Shown in pieces: positions 20,761 to 29,326 of a stretch of 64,000 nt of DNA. The translations under genes were made by a program, and so were the position numbers. Numbering within the stretch: the first letter of the stretch is position 1; every line of letters starts with the position of its first letter. The notes under the pieces were generated by a model, which ran no database searches, had not been told where the DNA came from, and saw nothing but the letters and a program-made list of their open reading frames with translations. Source of the DNA: an uncultured Candidatus Binatia bacterium (GTDB taxonomy: Bacteria; Desulfobacterota; Binatia; Bin18); assembly GCA_965214605.1 (NCBI GenBank), contig OZ243961.1, forward strand, positions 3,968,001-4,032,000, written 5' to 3'.

Positions 20761-20974
20761 GGGCCCGTACCTAGAGGCCCTGCTCGTCCTCCGATGTCCA
20801 GCCCCCTTTAACTTCCCGGCCTGAACGCAATAGGCCTCTGCTCTGGAGGCACGTCGGGCCAAAATGAGAATTGTCGGCCCCGTAGAGTTCAAAAAGCATT
20901 CGCTTGCTTGGTTGACAGAAGCGGGTGAATCTCTGATGTAATAGTGTCCCCGCAGAGAATGTGTCGGAGGAGAA

Positions 20975-21343
20975 ATGAGGACTCGCCACCGGCTTGGACA
21001 AATGCTGTTGAGAGGGGTGCTCCTGCGCTGTCCCCGGTGTGGAGATGGGCGGCTGTTTAGCGGCTTTTTCACCATGCACGATCGGTGTCTGCAGTGTCGC
21101 TACGTGTTTGAACAAGAACAGGGTTATTTCGTCGGGGCGATTTATATCAACTATGGGGCCACTACGGTGCTGGGCATGGCTGGTATTTTCGCCATTGAGG
21201 CGTACATCAGTATGACCCTCACTCAGCAATTGGTGATATGGGTGACGTTTGCTGGACTGTTTCCCTTGTGGTTCTTTCGCTATTCTCGCAGCCTGTGGCT
21301 CAGTCTGGCCTATATCTTGACGACCGGCAAATCGGCAGAATAG
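20975..21343 (+). CDS. DUF983 domain-containing protein
   Basis: RCPRCGDGRLF...C..C, GYFVGAIYINY and two TM helices; GGAGGAG RBS. Confidence 0.88.
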   Translation: MRTRHRLGQMLLRGVLLRCPRCGDGRLFSGFFTMHDRCLQCRYVFEQEQGYFVGAIYINYGATTVLGMAGIFAIEAYISMTLTQQLVIWVTFAGLFPLWFFRYSRSLWLSLAYILTTGKSAE

Positions 21344-21354
21344 GAGAGGCGGGA

Positions 21355-21486
21355 ATGCTTCCCGAGAATGTCTACGATTTGTCGTCGCAACAAGCGGCAG
21401 AAGTCGCCGCAATGCTACTCCACAGTTTGAGACGGGAAGTAGAGCATTTTCGGGAATATCGGAAAAAGAGAATCCCGGATGTCTGA
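21355..21486 (+). CDS. Putative 43-aa small protein
   Basis: AGGAGAGG RBS directly after the DUF983 stop; MLPENVYDLSSQQAAEVAAMLL... Confidence 0.4.
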   Translation: MLPENVYDLSSQQAAEVAAMLLHSLRREVEHFREYRKKRIPDV

Positions 21487-21593
21487 TACGGCTGCGCGTG
21501 TGGCTGCTGCATCCCGAAATGAGCAATCCCGCCGAGAAAATGAAGGGAGACAAATTTGCCTCCCTTGCCGTGCAAGCAGAGGGGTGTTTCGTG

Positions 21594-21923
21594 TCAGTGT
21601 TCGGCGGCGCTGACCGCCGGTGTTTCCGTCGGTGTGTGGATTCTTTCGTCTGAGGTCAGATCCGGCAACAGCATGAAAATCAGAAAGACGCAGAGAATCA
21701 TGGGGGTAAGGGCGATGGCGCCCAACGTCGTCCGTTCAAACCTGAGATGCATGAAGTACAGGGCAACCAGAGTCGCCTTGGCTACCGCCAGGAGAACCAG
21801 GATGGTGCCGTTTATTGACCGGCTGAATACGCCGAGGACCGGGACTAAGACCTCAACGATCGTCAGAATGGTCAAGGCCCAAAAGATATTCATGTAGTTG
21901 GGTTCGTGGTGGGCGTTATCCAT
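21594..21923 (-). CDS. Cytochrome c oxidase subunit IV family
   Basis: YMNIFWALTILTIVEV, KATLVALYFMHL.FE. Confidence 0.9.
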   Translation of the reverse strand: MDNAHHEPNYMNIFWALTILTIVEVLVPVLGVFSRSINGTILVLLAVAKATLVALYFMHLRFERTTLGAIALTPMILCVFLIFMLLPDLTSDERIHTPTETPAVSAAEH

Positions 21924-21935
21924 AGTGCGCTCTCC

Positions 21936-22556
21936 CTATAGCAAATACACAAATGTAAAGACCAAAATCCAGACCAGGTCTACAAAGTGCCAGTACAGGC
22001 CAACGATCTCGACATGGTTGGCATCTTCGCCGGTGTATCTACCCTTAAGACCGCTGAGCAGAATACACGTCAGATAGATCACGCCGCCAAACACGTGGCA
22101 GCCGTGAAAGCCGGTCAGGATGTAGAAGGTCGTCCCAAACAGTGCCGCTCCCCAAGGATTGCCACTCATGGTCATGCCTTCGTGGGTCAGGTGGGTCCAC
22201 TCATAGGCCTGGAGCACGAGAAAGATGGTCCCGACAATGATGGTCAGCAGCATGAATTTTTTGAACCCGGCCAGATCATTATGCCGGGCTGCCGACAGCG
22301 CCTTGACCATGGTGACACTGCTGCAGATGAGGAGGAAGGTCATGCCCGCCGTGAGCTGAATCCCCAGCGTCTCAAGCGGGTCGGGCCAGTCTGGGCTGCT
22401 GGCGCGCAGGGCGCCGTACCCGGCGAGCAGCCCACCGAATGACATGGCATCACCGGCCAGAAAAACCCACATGCCAAGTTTGCCCCAGCTCTCTGGGGTT
22501 AATGGCGATTCGGCTGGTTCAACAGCCCCATGTGTCTCAATAACCGCTTCGCTCAA
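21936..22556 (-). CDS. ctaE: Heme-copper oxidase subunit III (second copy)
   Basis: KLGMWVFLAGD, LTGFHGCHV, GLYWHFVDLVW; TTG start overlapping the upstream TGA. Confidence 0.92.
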   Translation of the reverse strand: MSEAVIETHGAVEPAESPLTPESWGKLGMWVFLAGDAMSFGGLLAGYGALRASSPDWPDPLETLGIQLTAGMTFLLICSSVTMVKALSAARHNDLAGFKKFMLLTIIVGTIFLVLQAYEWTHLTHEGMTMSGNPWGAALFGTTFYILTGFHGCHVFGGVIYLTCILLSGLKGRYTGEDANHVEIVGLYWHFVDLVWILVFTFVYLL

Positions 22557-22876
22557 GGCCCATCCTCCTTCTTTTTGGTCAGGGTAGCATCGAAAGGCAA
22601 CACTTCTGCCGGCGGATGTGGGGAGCGGTTGGCGTTCCGATAGGTGTAAAAAATCCATCCGCCGATCGAGGCAAAGAGAACAAACGGCATGCCCATCATC
22701 AGCATGACGCTCCAAAAAATTCCAACTGCTAGGGGGTCCTCAGAGCCGGACAAGGCTGTCTTACACATGGCGCAGCCCTGAGCCAGCGCCTGAGCCGGGA
22801 ACAGCCCTGCCAGCCCCCAAACCAGGCCTAGGCTGAGTTGGCTACGGTAGATTAGAACGGCGGTCTTTGGTGACAT
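22553..22876 (-). CDS. Small exported/membrane protein with CAMC motif
   Basis: Signal-like N-terminus, ALA|QGCAMCKTA, one TM helix; embedded in the cox operon. Confidence 0.8.
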   Translation of the reverse strand: MSPKTAVLIYRSQLSLGLVWGLAGLFPAQALAQGCAMCKTALSGSEDPLAVGIFWSVMLMMGMPFVLFASIGGWIFYTYRNANRSPHPPAEVLPFDATLTKKKEDGP

Positions 22877-22895
22877 CGCATACTCCGTAGTGTGA

Positions 22896-23543
22896 TTAGT
22901 TCAAATAGACCAGGGGGAATAACAGGGCCCACAGAGCTCCAACGTAGTACCAATACATGCCGCACACCTCAACGGCGGTCGGCCGATGGGCAGAGAAAGC
23001 GCCCCGCTTGGCCAAGACTAGAACGACTAGTAACCAGATCACGGCGGCCAAAACGTGCAGGCCGTGGCAGCCGATCAGGGTGTAGAAGGTTGCGCCGTAG
23101 ATGCCGGTTGAAATCGTGAGGCCGTCCCGAACTAGTTGGGTCCATTCATAGCCTTGGACGCCTAGAAAGAGTGTTCCCAACAACGCGGTCACGCCCAACC
23201 AGTTGCCTGAACTTTTCACCTGGTCGAGCCGTAGGGCGGCAATGGCCCGATGCATGGTGTAACAACTGACGAATAAAACCAGAGTATTCACCCAGGTCAT
23301 ACCGACTGGCAGGTATAAATGGCCGGACGGCCAGACCGAGCTGCCGGCCCGAAAGACTACATATGCGCCGATCAAACCCACAAAGAACATGGTTTCGGCG
23401 CTGATGAGCATTAACATGCCCAGCCGGGCATTACTGATTGGTGGGTCGGACACGCCTGGTGGCGGCCCGCCGCCAAAACTTGGAGCTGGACGCGCCTGGG
23501 GTCGTTCAGCTATCTGAGGTACGGCAGCAGTTGCGCTTGACAT
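22896..23543 (-). CDS. ctaE: Heme-copper oxidase subunit III (first copy)
   Basis: RLGMLMLISAE, NTLVL..S, LIGCHGLHV, MYWYYV. Confidence 0.9.
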   Translation of the reverse strand: MSSATAAVPQIAERPQARPAPSFGGGPPPGVSDPPISNARLGMLMLISAETMFFVGLIGAYVVFRAGSSVWPSGHLYLPVGMTWVNTLVLFVSCYTMHRAIAALRLDQVKSSGNWLGVTALLGTLFLGVQGYEWTQLVRDGLTISTGIYGATFYTLIGCHGLHVLAAVIWLLVVLVLAKRGAFSAHRPTAVEVCGMYWYYVGALWALLFPLVYLN

Positions 23544-23567
23544 AGGACACTCCTCTTCCACACGAAC

Positions 23568-23678
23568 TTAGACGAGGATAATAAAACAAACGGTAGCTGC
23601 AATATACAGCGCGATAAAAATGGCTAGGCCACGACCGATGATGCGGTTGACCGTGTGCTTCTCTTCTCGACTCGGCAT
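23568..23678 (-). CDS. Putative 36-aa single-TM microprotein (below the ORF-track cutoff)
   Basis: MPSREEKHTVNRIIGRGLAIFIALYIAATVCFIILV*; GAGGGA RBS; fills the gap between ctaB and ctaE. Confidence 0.7.
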   Translation of the reverse strand: MPSREEKHTVNRIIGRGLAIFIALYIAATVCFIILV

Positions 23679-23703
23679 TTTTGTCCCTCGGTCTCTAACG
23701 TGA

Positions 23704-24624
23704 CTACAGTGAGACTTTATCAAAGACCATCATGGCTAACAGTACCGGGAGATAAATTAACGAAGCAAATAACAGCTGCCGAGCCGATTCCAGAGAGCGG
23801 ACACGGGCCAGACGCACCCCGTACCACAAAAACATACTGCCTAGCCCAAACGCCACACAGAAATAGAGGGGTCCGGTCAAGCCGGTCAGGGTCGGTAACA
23901 GGCCGACGGCTAACAATGCCAAACAGTGACTGATCACCTGACGGCCGGTGCTTTTGCCATCAGGATTGATCACCGGGAGGAGTTGAAATCCGGCACGGGC
24001 GTAATCGTCCCGGTACAGCCAGGCTATGGCCAGCGAATGGGGCATTTGCCACAGAAACATGATGGCAAACAAGATCCAGGCTTCCAGATTGATTGAGCCA
24101 CGGACGGCCGCCCAGCCGATAACTGGCGGTAGGGCACCGGGGACGGCGCCGATCAAGGTACACAGAGACGTGATTTTCTTGAGCGGGGTGTAGACTCCCA
24201 GATAGCTGGCCACGATAGCCGTAGTGACCGCAGCGCTGGCAAGGTTGACGGTCCACGCCAGATAGACGAGTCCCGCGGCGGTGACGAGTGCCCCAAACAC
24301 AAACGCCTCAACGGGTTTCACACGCCCGTCCGGTAAAGGCCGCAGGTGGGTGCGCTGCATTTTTGCATCAGCCTTACGTTCAAGCAGCTGATTGAGGGCC
24401 AAGGTGCCGCCAGCAGCCAGGGCGGTCCCTAGCAGAGTGTGCAGCAGCAGCTGGTAGTCTGCAACGCCTGACGATGCCAGATAAAACCCGGCACAGGTCG
24501 TAATCAGGACAAGACTCACAATTCGAGGTTTGGTCAGCTCAAGAAAGGCTAAGCTCTGGTGCCACCAAGCCCGATCAAGACGGTCTGTACGAGCCATAGG
24601 TGGTACGGGGGTGCGGAGTATCAT
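23704..24624 (-). CDS. ctaB: Protoheme IX farnesyltransferase (heme O synthase)
   Basis: LTKPRI, DAKMQRT.LRPLP, YTPLK, WQMPH, DY.RAG. Confidence 0.96.
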   Translation of the reverse strand: MILRTPVPPMARTDRLDRAWWHQSLAFLELTKPRIVSLVLITTCAGFYLASSGVADYQLLLHTLLGTALAAGGTLALNQLLERKADAKMQRTHLRPLPDGRVKPVEAFVFGALVTAAGLVYLAWTVNLASAAVTTAIVASYLGVYTPLKKITSLCTLIGAVPGALPPVIGWAAVRGSINLEAWILFAIMFLWQMPHSLAIAWLYRDDYARAGFQLLPVINPDGKSTGRQVISHCLALLAVGLLPTLTGLTGPLYFCVAFGLGSMFLWYGVRLARVRSLESARQLLFASLIYLPVLLAMMVFDKVSL

Positions 24625-25571
24625 GCCGGAACCTGTTCCGAAGTGAATGGCGGACGAGCAGAAAGGGTGACACCGTTACGGTAGGACCGCAGCGTAATGC
24701 GGACGCTGGTGGCTAACAGGAGCGCGCCAACGACGACATGAGCGGTGGTCAGCAGGACGACATAGAGGCTGAGAAAAGATTCGTTGGATGTGTATTTGCC
24801 GAGATAGGAGAGGAGGCCCAGAACGAGTTGAAAGAGCAACAAACGCCGCAGCAACAGGGCAGATCGAGTGATAGGGATATACCCGGCGTAGGATTCAACG
24901 ACCCAATCAACAAGCCAAAAAATGATCCCTGCCACAAGAACGGCGCCAAGGATATGGACTTCCGCCCCACTACCGGTGTGTCGTACGACCGCGCCCAAAA
25001 TGATCTGGACATAAATTGCTGCTGTCGTGATGACACTCAGACGTTGGACAGATGTGGCGTCTGGGACCGTTTTTTGTGGCCACTGGTTTTGCCATTCCGC
25101 TGAGACCAGCAGGGTTAAGGCAGCGAGGAAGGCAAAAAACGCCTGGGCGAAACCACCGTGAATAAGAGCCAACAGGTTTTCTACCAACACGACCCGCAGA
25201 CCTCCCAGCACCCCTTGAACGATCACGGCCAGCAATGCGATCAGACCTAGCCATCGCATCCACAGCCGCGATTCTGCGGTCCACAGCGTAATGGTGAGCA
25301 GGATGGTCAACAGGCCAACGGCCGAGCCGAGCAGTCGATGACTATGCTCATAGAAGATCCCACCAACCATCTGTGACCAGGGATAAAGAAACATATTGTA
25401 GCCAAAAGTGGTCGGCCAGTCCGGTACAGCCAGACCGACTCCTAGGCTGGTGACAAGCCCCCCAACAAACAGCAGGGGCAAGGTACAAACGGTGGTCAGC
25501 AGGGCAAAACGGTACGGCCAGGGTGAAAAAGGGGAAGACGGCCGTGCCGAGGAAGGGATGACGTGTGCCAT
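24621..25571 (-). CDS. ctaA: Heme A synthase (COX15/CtaA)
   Basis: GLAVPDWP, EHSHR, QGVLGG, IHG, RH. Confidence 0.92.
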   Translation of the reverse strand: MAHVIPSSARPSSPFSPWPYRFALLTTVCTLPLLFVGGLVTSLGVGLAVPDWPTTFGYNMFLYPWSQMVGGIFYEHSHRLLGSAVGLLTILLTITLWTAESRLWMRWLGLIALLAVIVQGVLGGLRVVLVENLLALIHGGFAQAFFAFLAALTLLVSAEWQNQWPQKTVPDATSVQRLSVITTAAIYVQIILGAVVRHTGSGAEVHILGAVLVAGIIFWLVDWVVESYAGYIPITRSALLLRRLLLFQLVLGLLSYLGKYTSNESFLSLYVVLLTTAHVVVGALLLATSVRITLRSYRNGVTLSARPPFTSEQVPA

Positions 25572-25630
25572 ACTCGTATCAGGCCACCCGGCTATTCATC
25601 AACAGCCGGGTCCAAATCTCGTGTCTTGAT

Positions 25631-27412
25631 TCAGTGGGTTGCGGTGGCGGCCTCAGGGCCAAGCCGTCTATCCTGGGGGAGCCAATCTTCCTCGACCAGC
25701 GGTGAGCTATACTCGTAGGGGCCGCGATGGACGGTTGGGATGGTTTCAAAGTTGCCATGAGGTGGTGGCGACGGAGCGCTCCATTCCAGCGTGTTGGCCT
25801 CCCAGGGGTTGCGCTCGGCTTTTTTCCCAGCAAACAAGCTCCACACGAAGTTGAACAGGAAAATCAGCTGTGACACGCCGAGACAGAAGGCGCTCATTGT
25901 AATAAACACATTCCACCACTGCATGTCGACCAGAAACTCGTACTGCAGCGGGTTATAAATCCGCCGCATATGGCCCGCTACCCCCAGGAAGTGCATGGGA
26001 AAGAAGGCGCCGTTAAAAAAGAGGTAGGTCAGGGCAAAATGCAGCTTGCCCAGCGGTTCGTTCATCATCCGACCGAACAGCTTGGGGAACCAGTAGTACA
26101 GGGCGGCAAACATGCCAAAGATGATGCCTGCCACTACATAGTGGAAATGGGCGACGATAAAATAGGTGTCGTGAATAAAAATATCCACCGGTGTGACTGC
26201 CATGTAGATGCCGCTCAGTCCGCCAATAACGAAATTGGACACAAAGCCAAGGGCAAACAGCATCGGGCTCGTAAAACGGATAGTCCCCCCCCATAGGGTG
26301 CCGAGCCAGTTGAAGGTCTTAATGGCGGACGGAATGGCAATGACCATTGTCGTCAGCATAAACGCGGTTCCTAGCAGCGGGTTCATGCCGCTCAGGAACA
26401 TGTGATGGCCCCACACAATCCAGGACAAGAAGGCCAGGGCGATCATGGAGAAGGCCATGGCGTGGTAACCAAAGATGGGCTTACGGGCAAACGTCGAGAG
26501 AATATCTGACGTGACGCCCATTGCCGGCAGCACTAAGATGTATACTTCCGGGTGGCCGAAGAACCAGAACAAGTGTTGCCACAACAGCGGCTCTCCTCCG
26601 CCTGACGGCAGGAAAAAGCTCGTTCCCATTGTACGGTCAAACAGCAACATACCCAGGGCCGCGGTTAAGACGGGCAGAGCCAATAGCAGGAGGATGGCGG
26701 TCACGAACAGAGACCAGATCACCAGGGGCATTCGAAACCAGGTCATGCCGGGGGCCCGCATATTGATGACCGTCGTAATATAGTTGATCGAGCCCATCAA
26801 AGACGAAAAACCTAGGATGATCAGGCTGATAACCCACAAGTTGACGCCCTGATCAACGCCGCTGAGGGTCGGATCGGCCGACAGGGAGGCATACATGGTC
26901 CAGCCGCCGGATGCGGCTCCACCTTCGACAAAGAAGCTCCACAGAATGATGACAATGGCGGGAACGGCAGTCCAGAACGACAGCATATTGAGGACTGGGA
27001 AAGCCATATCGGCCGCTCCAATCATCAACGGGATCAGGAAATTGCCAAATCCGCCGACCATAAACGGCATAACCACGAAGAAAATCATGATCGTGGCATG
27101 CATGGTGAACAGGGCGTTGTAGAAGCCCGGATCCATATACGCCCCGTACCAGCCGTGCTCCGGCTCGGCGTACATGAAGGGCTCGGAAATCCAGCTAGTG
27201 AACGGCACCGGGGTTTCCGGCCAGGCCAGCTCCCAGCGCATCATCATGGCCAACAGGCCACCAATGATGAGCATAAGGACGCTTGAGAACAAGAACTGGC
27301 GTCCAATCATCTTATGGTCGGTAGAAAAGATATAGGTGCGGATAAATCCTAGCTCGTGGTGGGCATCGTGAGCGTGGGTATCATGGGCTTCTACCGCTCC
27401 TGCATCGCTCAT
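25631..27412 (-). CDS. ctaD: Cytochrome c oxidase subunit I, A1 type
   Basis: TMHAT, DMAFP (D channel), WFFGHPEVY, WGHHM, IKTF (K channel), HDTYFIVAHFHYV. Confidence 0.98.
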   Translation of the reverse strand: MSDAGAVEAHDTHAHDAHHELGFIRTYIFSTDHKMIGRQFLFSSVLMLIIGGLLAMMMRWELAWPETPVPFTSWISEPFMYAEPEHGWYGAYMDPGFYNALFTMHATIMIFFVVMPFMVGGFGNFLIPLMIGAADMAFPVLNMLSFWTAVPAIVIILWSFFVEGGAASGGWTMYASLSADPTLSGVDQGVNLWVISLIILGFSSLMGSINYITTVINMRAPGMTWFRMPLVIWSLFVTAILLLLALPVLTAALGMLLFDRTMGTSFFLPSGGGEPLLWQHLFWFFGHPEVYILVLPAMGVTSDILSTFARKPIFGYHAMAFSMIALAFLSWIVWGHHMFLSGMNPLLGTAFMLTTMVIAIPSAIKTFNWLGTLWGGTIRFTSPMLFALGFVSNFVIGGLSGIYMAVTPVDIFIHDTYFIVAHFHYVVAGIIFGMFAALYYWFPKLFGRMMNEPLGKLHFALTYLFFNGAFFPMHFLGVAGHMRRIYNPLQYEFLVDMQWWNVFITMSAFCLGVSQLIFLFNFVWSLFAGKKAERNPWEANTLEWSAPSPPPHGNFETIPTVHRGPYEYSSPLVEEDWLPQDRRLGPEAATATH

Positions 27413-27443
27413 TGTTACTCTCCTATTGGTGTAGTCTCTGTGG

Positions 27444-28217
27444 CTAGTGGGAATCGACCGCCGCCTCTTGGGCTGTGGTCTGAGTTGGTCTGGTTATCGC
27501 CTGAGCCGTTTCCATCATGCCGGTGGCTGAATCTAAAGCTGTTGCTCCATTGGAGGCGGCCGGCGGCGGCCACTGCTCGTCTACCCAGGCCTGATATTCA
27601 TCCGGGGCCAGGGCGTAGAGCCAACCCTTCATGCCTGAGTGGCCAAAGCCGCACAGTTCGGCGCACGGAATTTCATATCTGCCCGGTTTATTAGCCTGGA
27701 ACCAGCCGATGATGTCTCGCCCCGGGACGGTGTCCTGTTTAAAGCGGAGGTTGGGAAGGAAAAAGCTATGAATAACGTCTCGGGAGGACAGGATCACGCG
27801 GATAGGCTTGCCGGCCGGGACCCGAATATCGTTGTCGACCTGCTTGTCGTCAGCGGTGTCAAACTCGCCGTCCGGGCCGGGATACAGGATCTCCCAGTTG
27901 AACTGCTTGCCGGTCACCTTCACCACAGTGTCTGTGTCAGGCGGCACGAGTTTAATCTCTTCCCACAGCGACCTGCTAGCCAGTCCGAGACCGATGAAGA
28001 TCATGGCGGGAATGACTGTCCAGATGATTTCCAAGGTGGTGTTGCCGTGGGTGTAGGCGGCACGTCGGTCGCCTCGGTCTCGGTAGACGAACAGAAAGAT
28101 GAGCATCAGGGCGGTCACGAGAATGAAAGCCGCGGCGGTCAGGTAATAAATGAAATAGAAGAGCGAATCGATGTCCGCTCCATACGGCGAGACGTCTTCG
28201 GGCAGCCATCCTAACAT
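27444..28217 (-). CDS. ctaC: Cytochrome c oxidase subunit II (CuA, no fused cytochrome c)
   Basis: LEIIWT..P, DVIHSF, CAELCGFGHSGM. Confidence 0.97.
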   Translation of the reverse strand: MLGWLPEDVSPYGADIDSLFYFIYYLTAAAFILVTALMLIFLFVYRDRGDRRAAYTHGNTTLEIIWTVIPAMIFIGLGLASRSLWEEIKLVPPDTDTVVKVTGKQFNWEILYPGPDGEFDTADDKQVDNDIRVPAGKPIRVILSSRDVIHSFFLPNLRFKQDTVPGRDIIGWFQANKPGRYEIPCAELCGFGHSGMKGWLYALAPDEYQAWVDEQWPPPAASNGATALDSATGMMETAQAITRPTQTTAQEAAVDSH

Positions 28218-28349
28218 GAATCCTCTTTCCTTCTTTCCCTGTGCAGAATCGTCCCCATGTATACCGAAAAACTATTCCGCCGCAAGGGGAGGGGGGCAGA
28301 ACTGACAAAACCGAACACGTCCCGCAAGCCTCTCGCTCCTTACATTACA

Positions 28350-28378
28350 TTGACAAATCCTGGACGGCTCGTTAGTGT
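28350..28378 (+). promoter_or_regulatory. Sigma70-like promoter
   Basis: TTGACA-17 nt-TAGTGT, followed by a GGAGA RBS and ATG at 28389. Confidence 0.6.
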
Positions 28379-28388
28379 TGGAGAAGCT

Positions 28389-28571
28389 ATGCAAAAGACG
28401 GGATGGGATCAGTTCGTCGAAATCATCACCAAGCCCGACAATATCCCTATTGTTGGCTTGATGTTTCTGGTGTTATACTTTACCTGGCTCGCCTTTCGGG
28501 AAGGCCGAAAAAACGATCAGTTGATCGAAGAGGGGCGGGCTGACGAAATTCTTGATGAGATGCAGAAATAG
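28389..28571 (+). CDS. 60-aa membrane protein with KPDNIPIV motif
   Basis: MQKTGWDQFVEIITKPDNIPIVGLMFLVLYFTWLAFREGRKND...; promoter and RBS upstream. Confidence 0.8.
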   Translation: MQKTGWDQFVEIITKPDNIPIVGLMFLVLYFTWLAFREGRKNDQLIEEGRADEILDEMQK

Positions 28572-28582
28572 GGAGCGACCAT

Positions 28583-29062
28583 ATGCCGTTTGCTATTGTA
28601 GCGGAAAACTGCACGGGGTGTAGCGCCTGCGAGAAACGCTGTCCAACCAAAGCCATCAGCGGAGATCCTAAAAAAGCCTACTATATCGAACCCTCGCTGT
28701 GCATCGACTGTGGGGCTTGCGGTGTGATCTGTCCTGATGCCGCCATTTTGGACACCTTCGGGACGGTGACGTCCGTCTTGAAGCGGGTTGAGCGCCCCAT
28801 CGCGGTTGTCCATCTCGATAACTGCAACGGCTGTGGGGTGTGTATCGATGTGTGTCCTTTTGACTGTATTGCCCCATCGGCCCATAACGGTCCCCAGTAC
28901 CTTGGCCGTGTCGAGGTCGATGAGAAGACCTGTGTCGGCTGCCAGTTGTGCGAAGAGGTGTGTGGTTGGGAGGGGATTTTTATCATGACTGGAGCGGACA
29001 AGGATGCATTCCTCAGCACTATGGAGGAACAGCCACCAGAGGCCAGTGGAGCCTCGGCTTAA
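28583..29062 (+). CDS. Polyferredoxin with four [4Fe-4S] motifs
   Basis: CTGCSACEKRCP, CIDCGACGVICP, CNGCGVCIDVCP, CVGCQLCEEVC. Confidence 0.93.
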   Translation: MPFAIVAENCTGCSACEKRCPTKAISGDPKKAYYIEPSLCIDCGACGVICPDAAILDTFGTVTSVLKRVERPIAVVHLDNCNGCGVCIDVCPFDCIAPSAHNGPQYLGRVEVDEKTCVGCQLCEEVCGWEGIFIMTGADKDAFLSTMEEQPPEASGASA

Positions 29063-29086
29063 GCGCAGACGTGGAAAGGAAAAGCT

Positions 29087-29284
29087 GTGGCAGTTCCCAA
29101 ACGAAGAACCTCTCGCACCAAACGCAACAAAAGACGGTCTCACCACGCCCTGTCGGCCCCGACCTTGCGAACAGATACGCAGACCAAGGAAGTCCATCTG
29201 TCGCATCGCGCCCACGTTGGCACTGACGGGGCGTATTATTATCGGGGCAGACGTTTGACCGAGCCGATCGAAGAAGAGGAATAG
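29087..29284 (+). CDS. rpmF: 50S ribosomal protein L32
   Basis: MAVPKRRTSRTKRNKRRSH...YYRGR. Confidence 0.95.
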   Translation: MAVPKRRTSRTKRNKRRSHHALSAPTLRTDTQTKEVHLSHRAHVGTDGAYYYRGRRLTEPIEEEE

Positions 29285-29294
29285 GGACGGCGGG

Positions 29295-29322
29295 GCCCGC
29301 ATTCTTTAATGCGGGCTTTTTT
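29295..29322 (+). terminator. Rho-independent terminator
   Basis: GCCCGCATT-cttt-AATGCGGGC followed by TTTTTT. Confidence 0.85.
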
Positions 29323-29326
29323 GTGG

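Noticed and set aside
19985-20761. Five long overlapping ORFs in the GC-rich segment
   Set aside because: Artefact of stop-codon scarcity at ~79% GC; Gly/Arg/Pro/Ala-rich with no coherent protein
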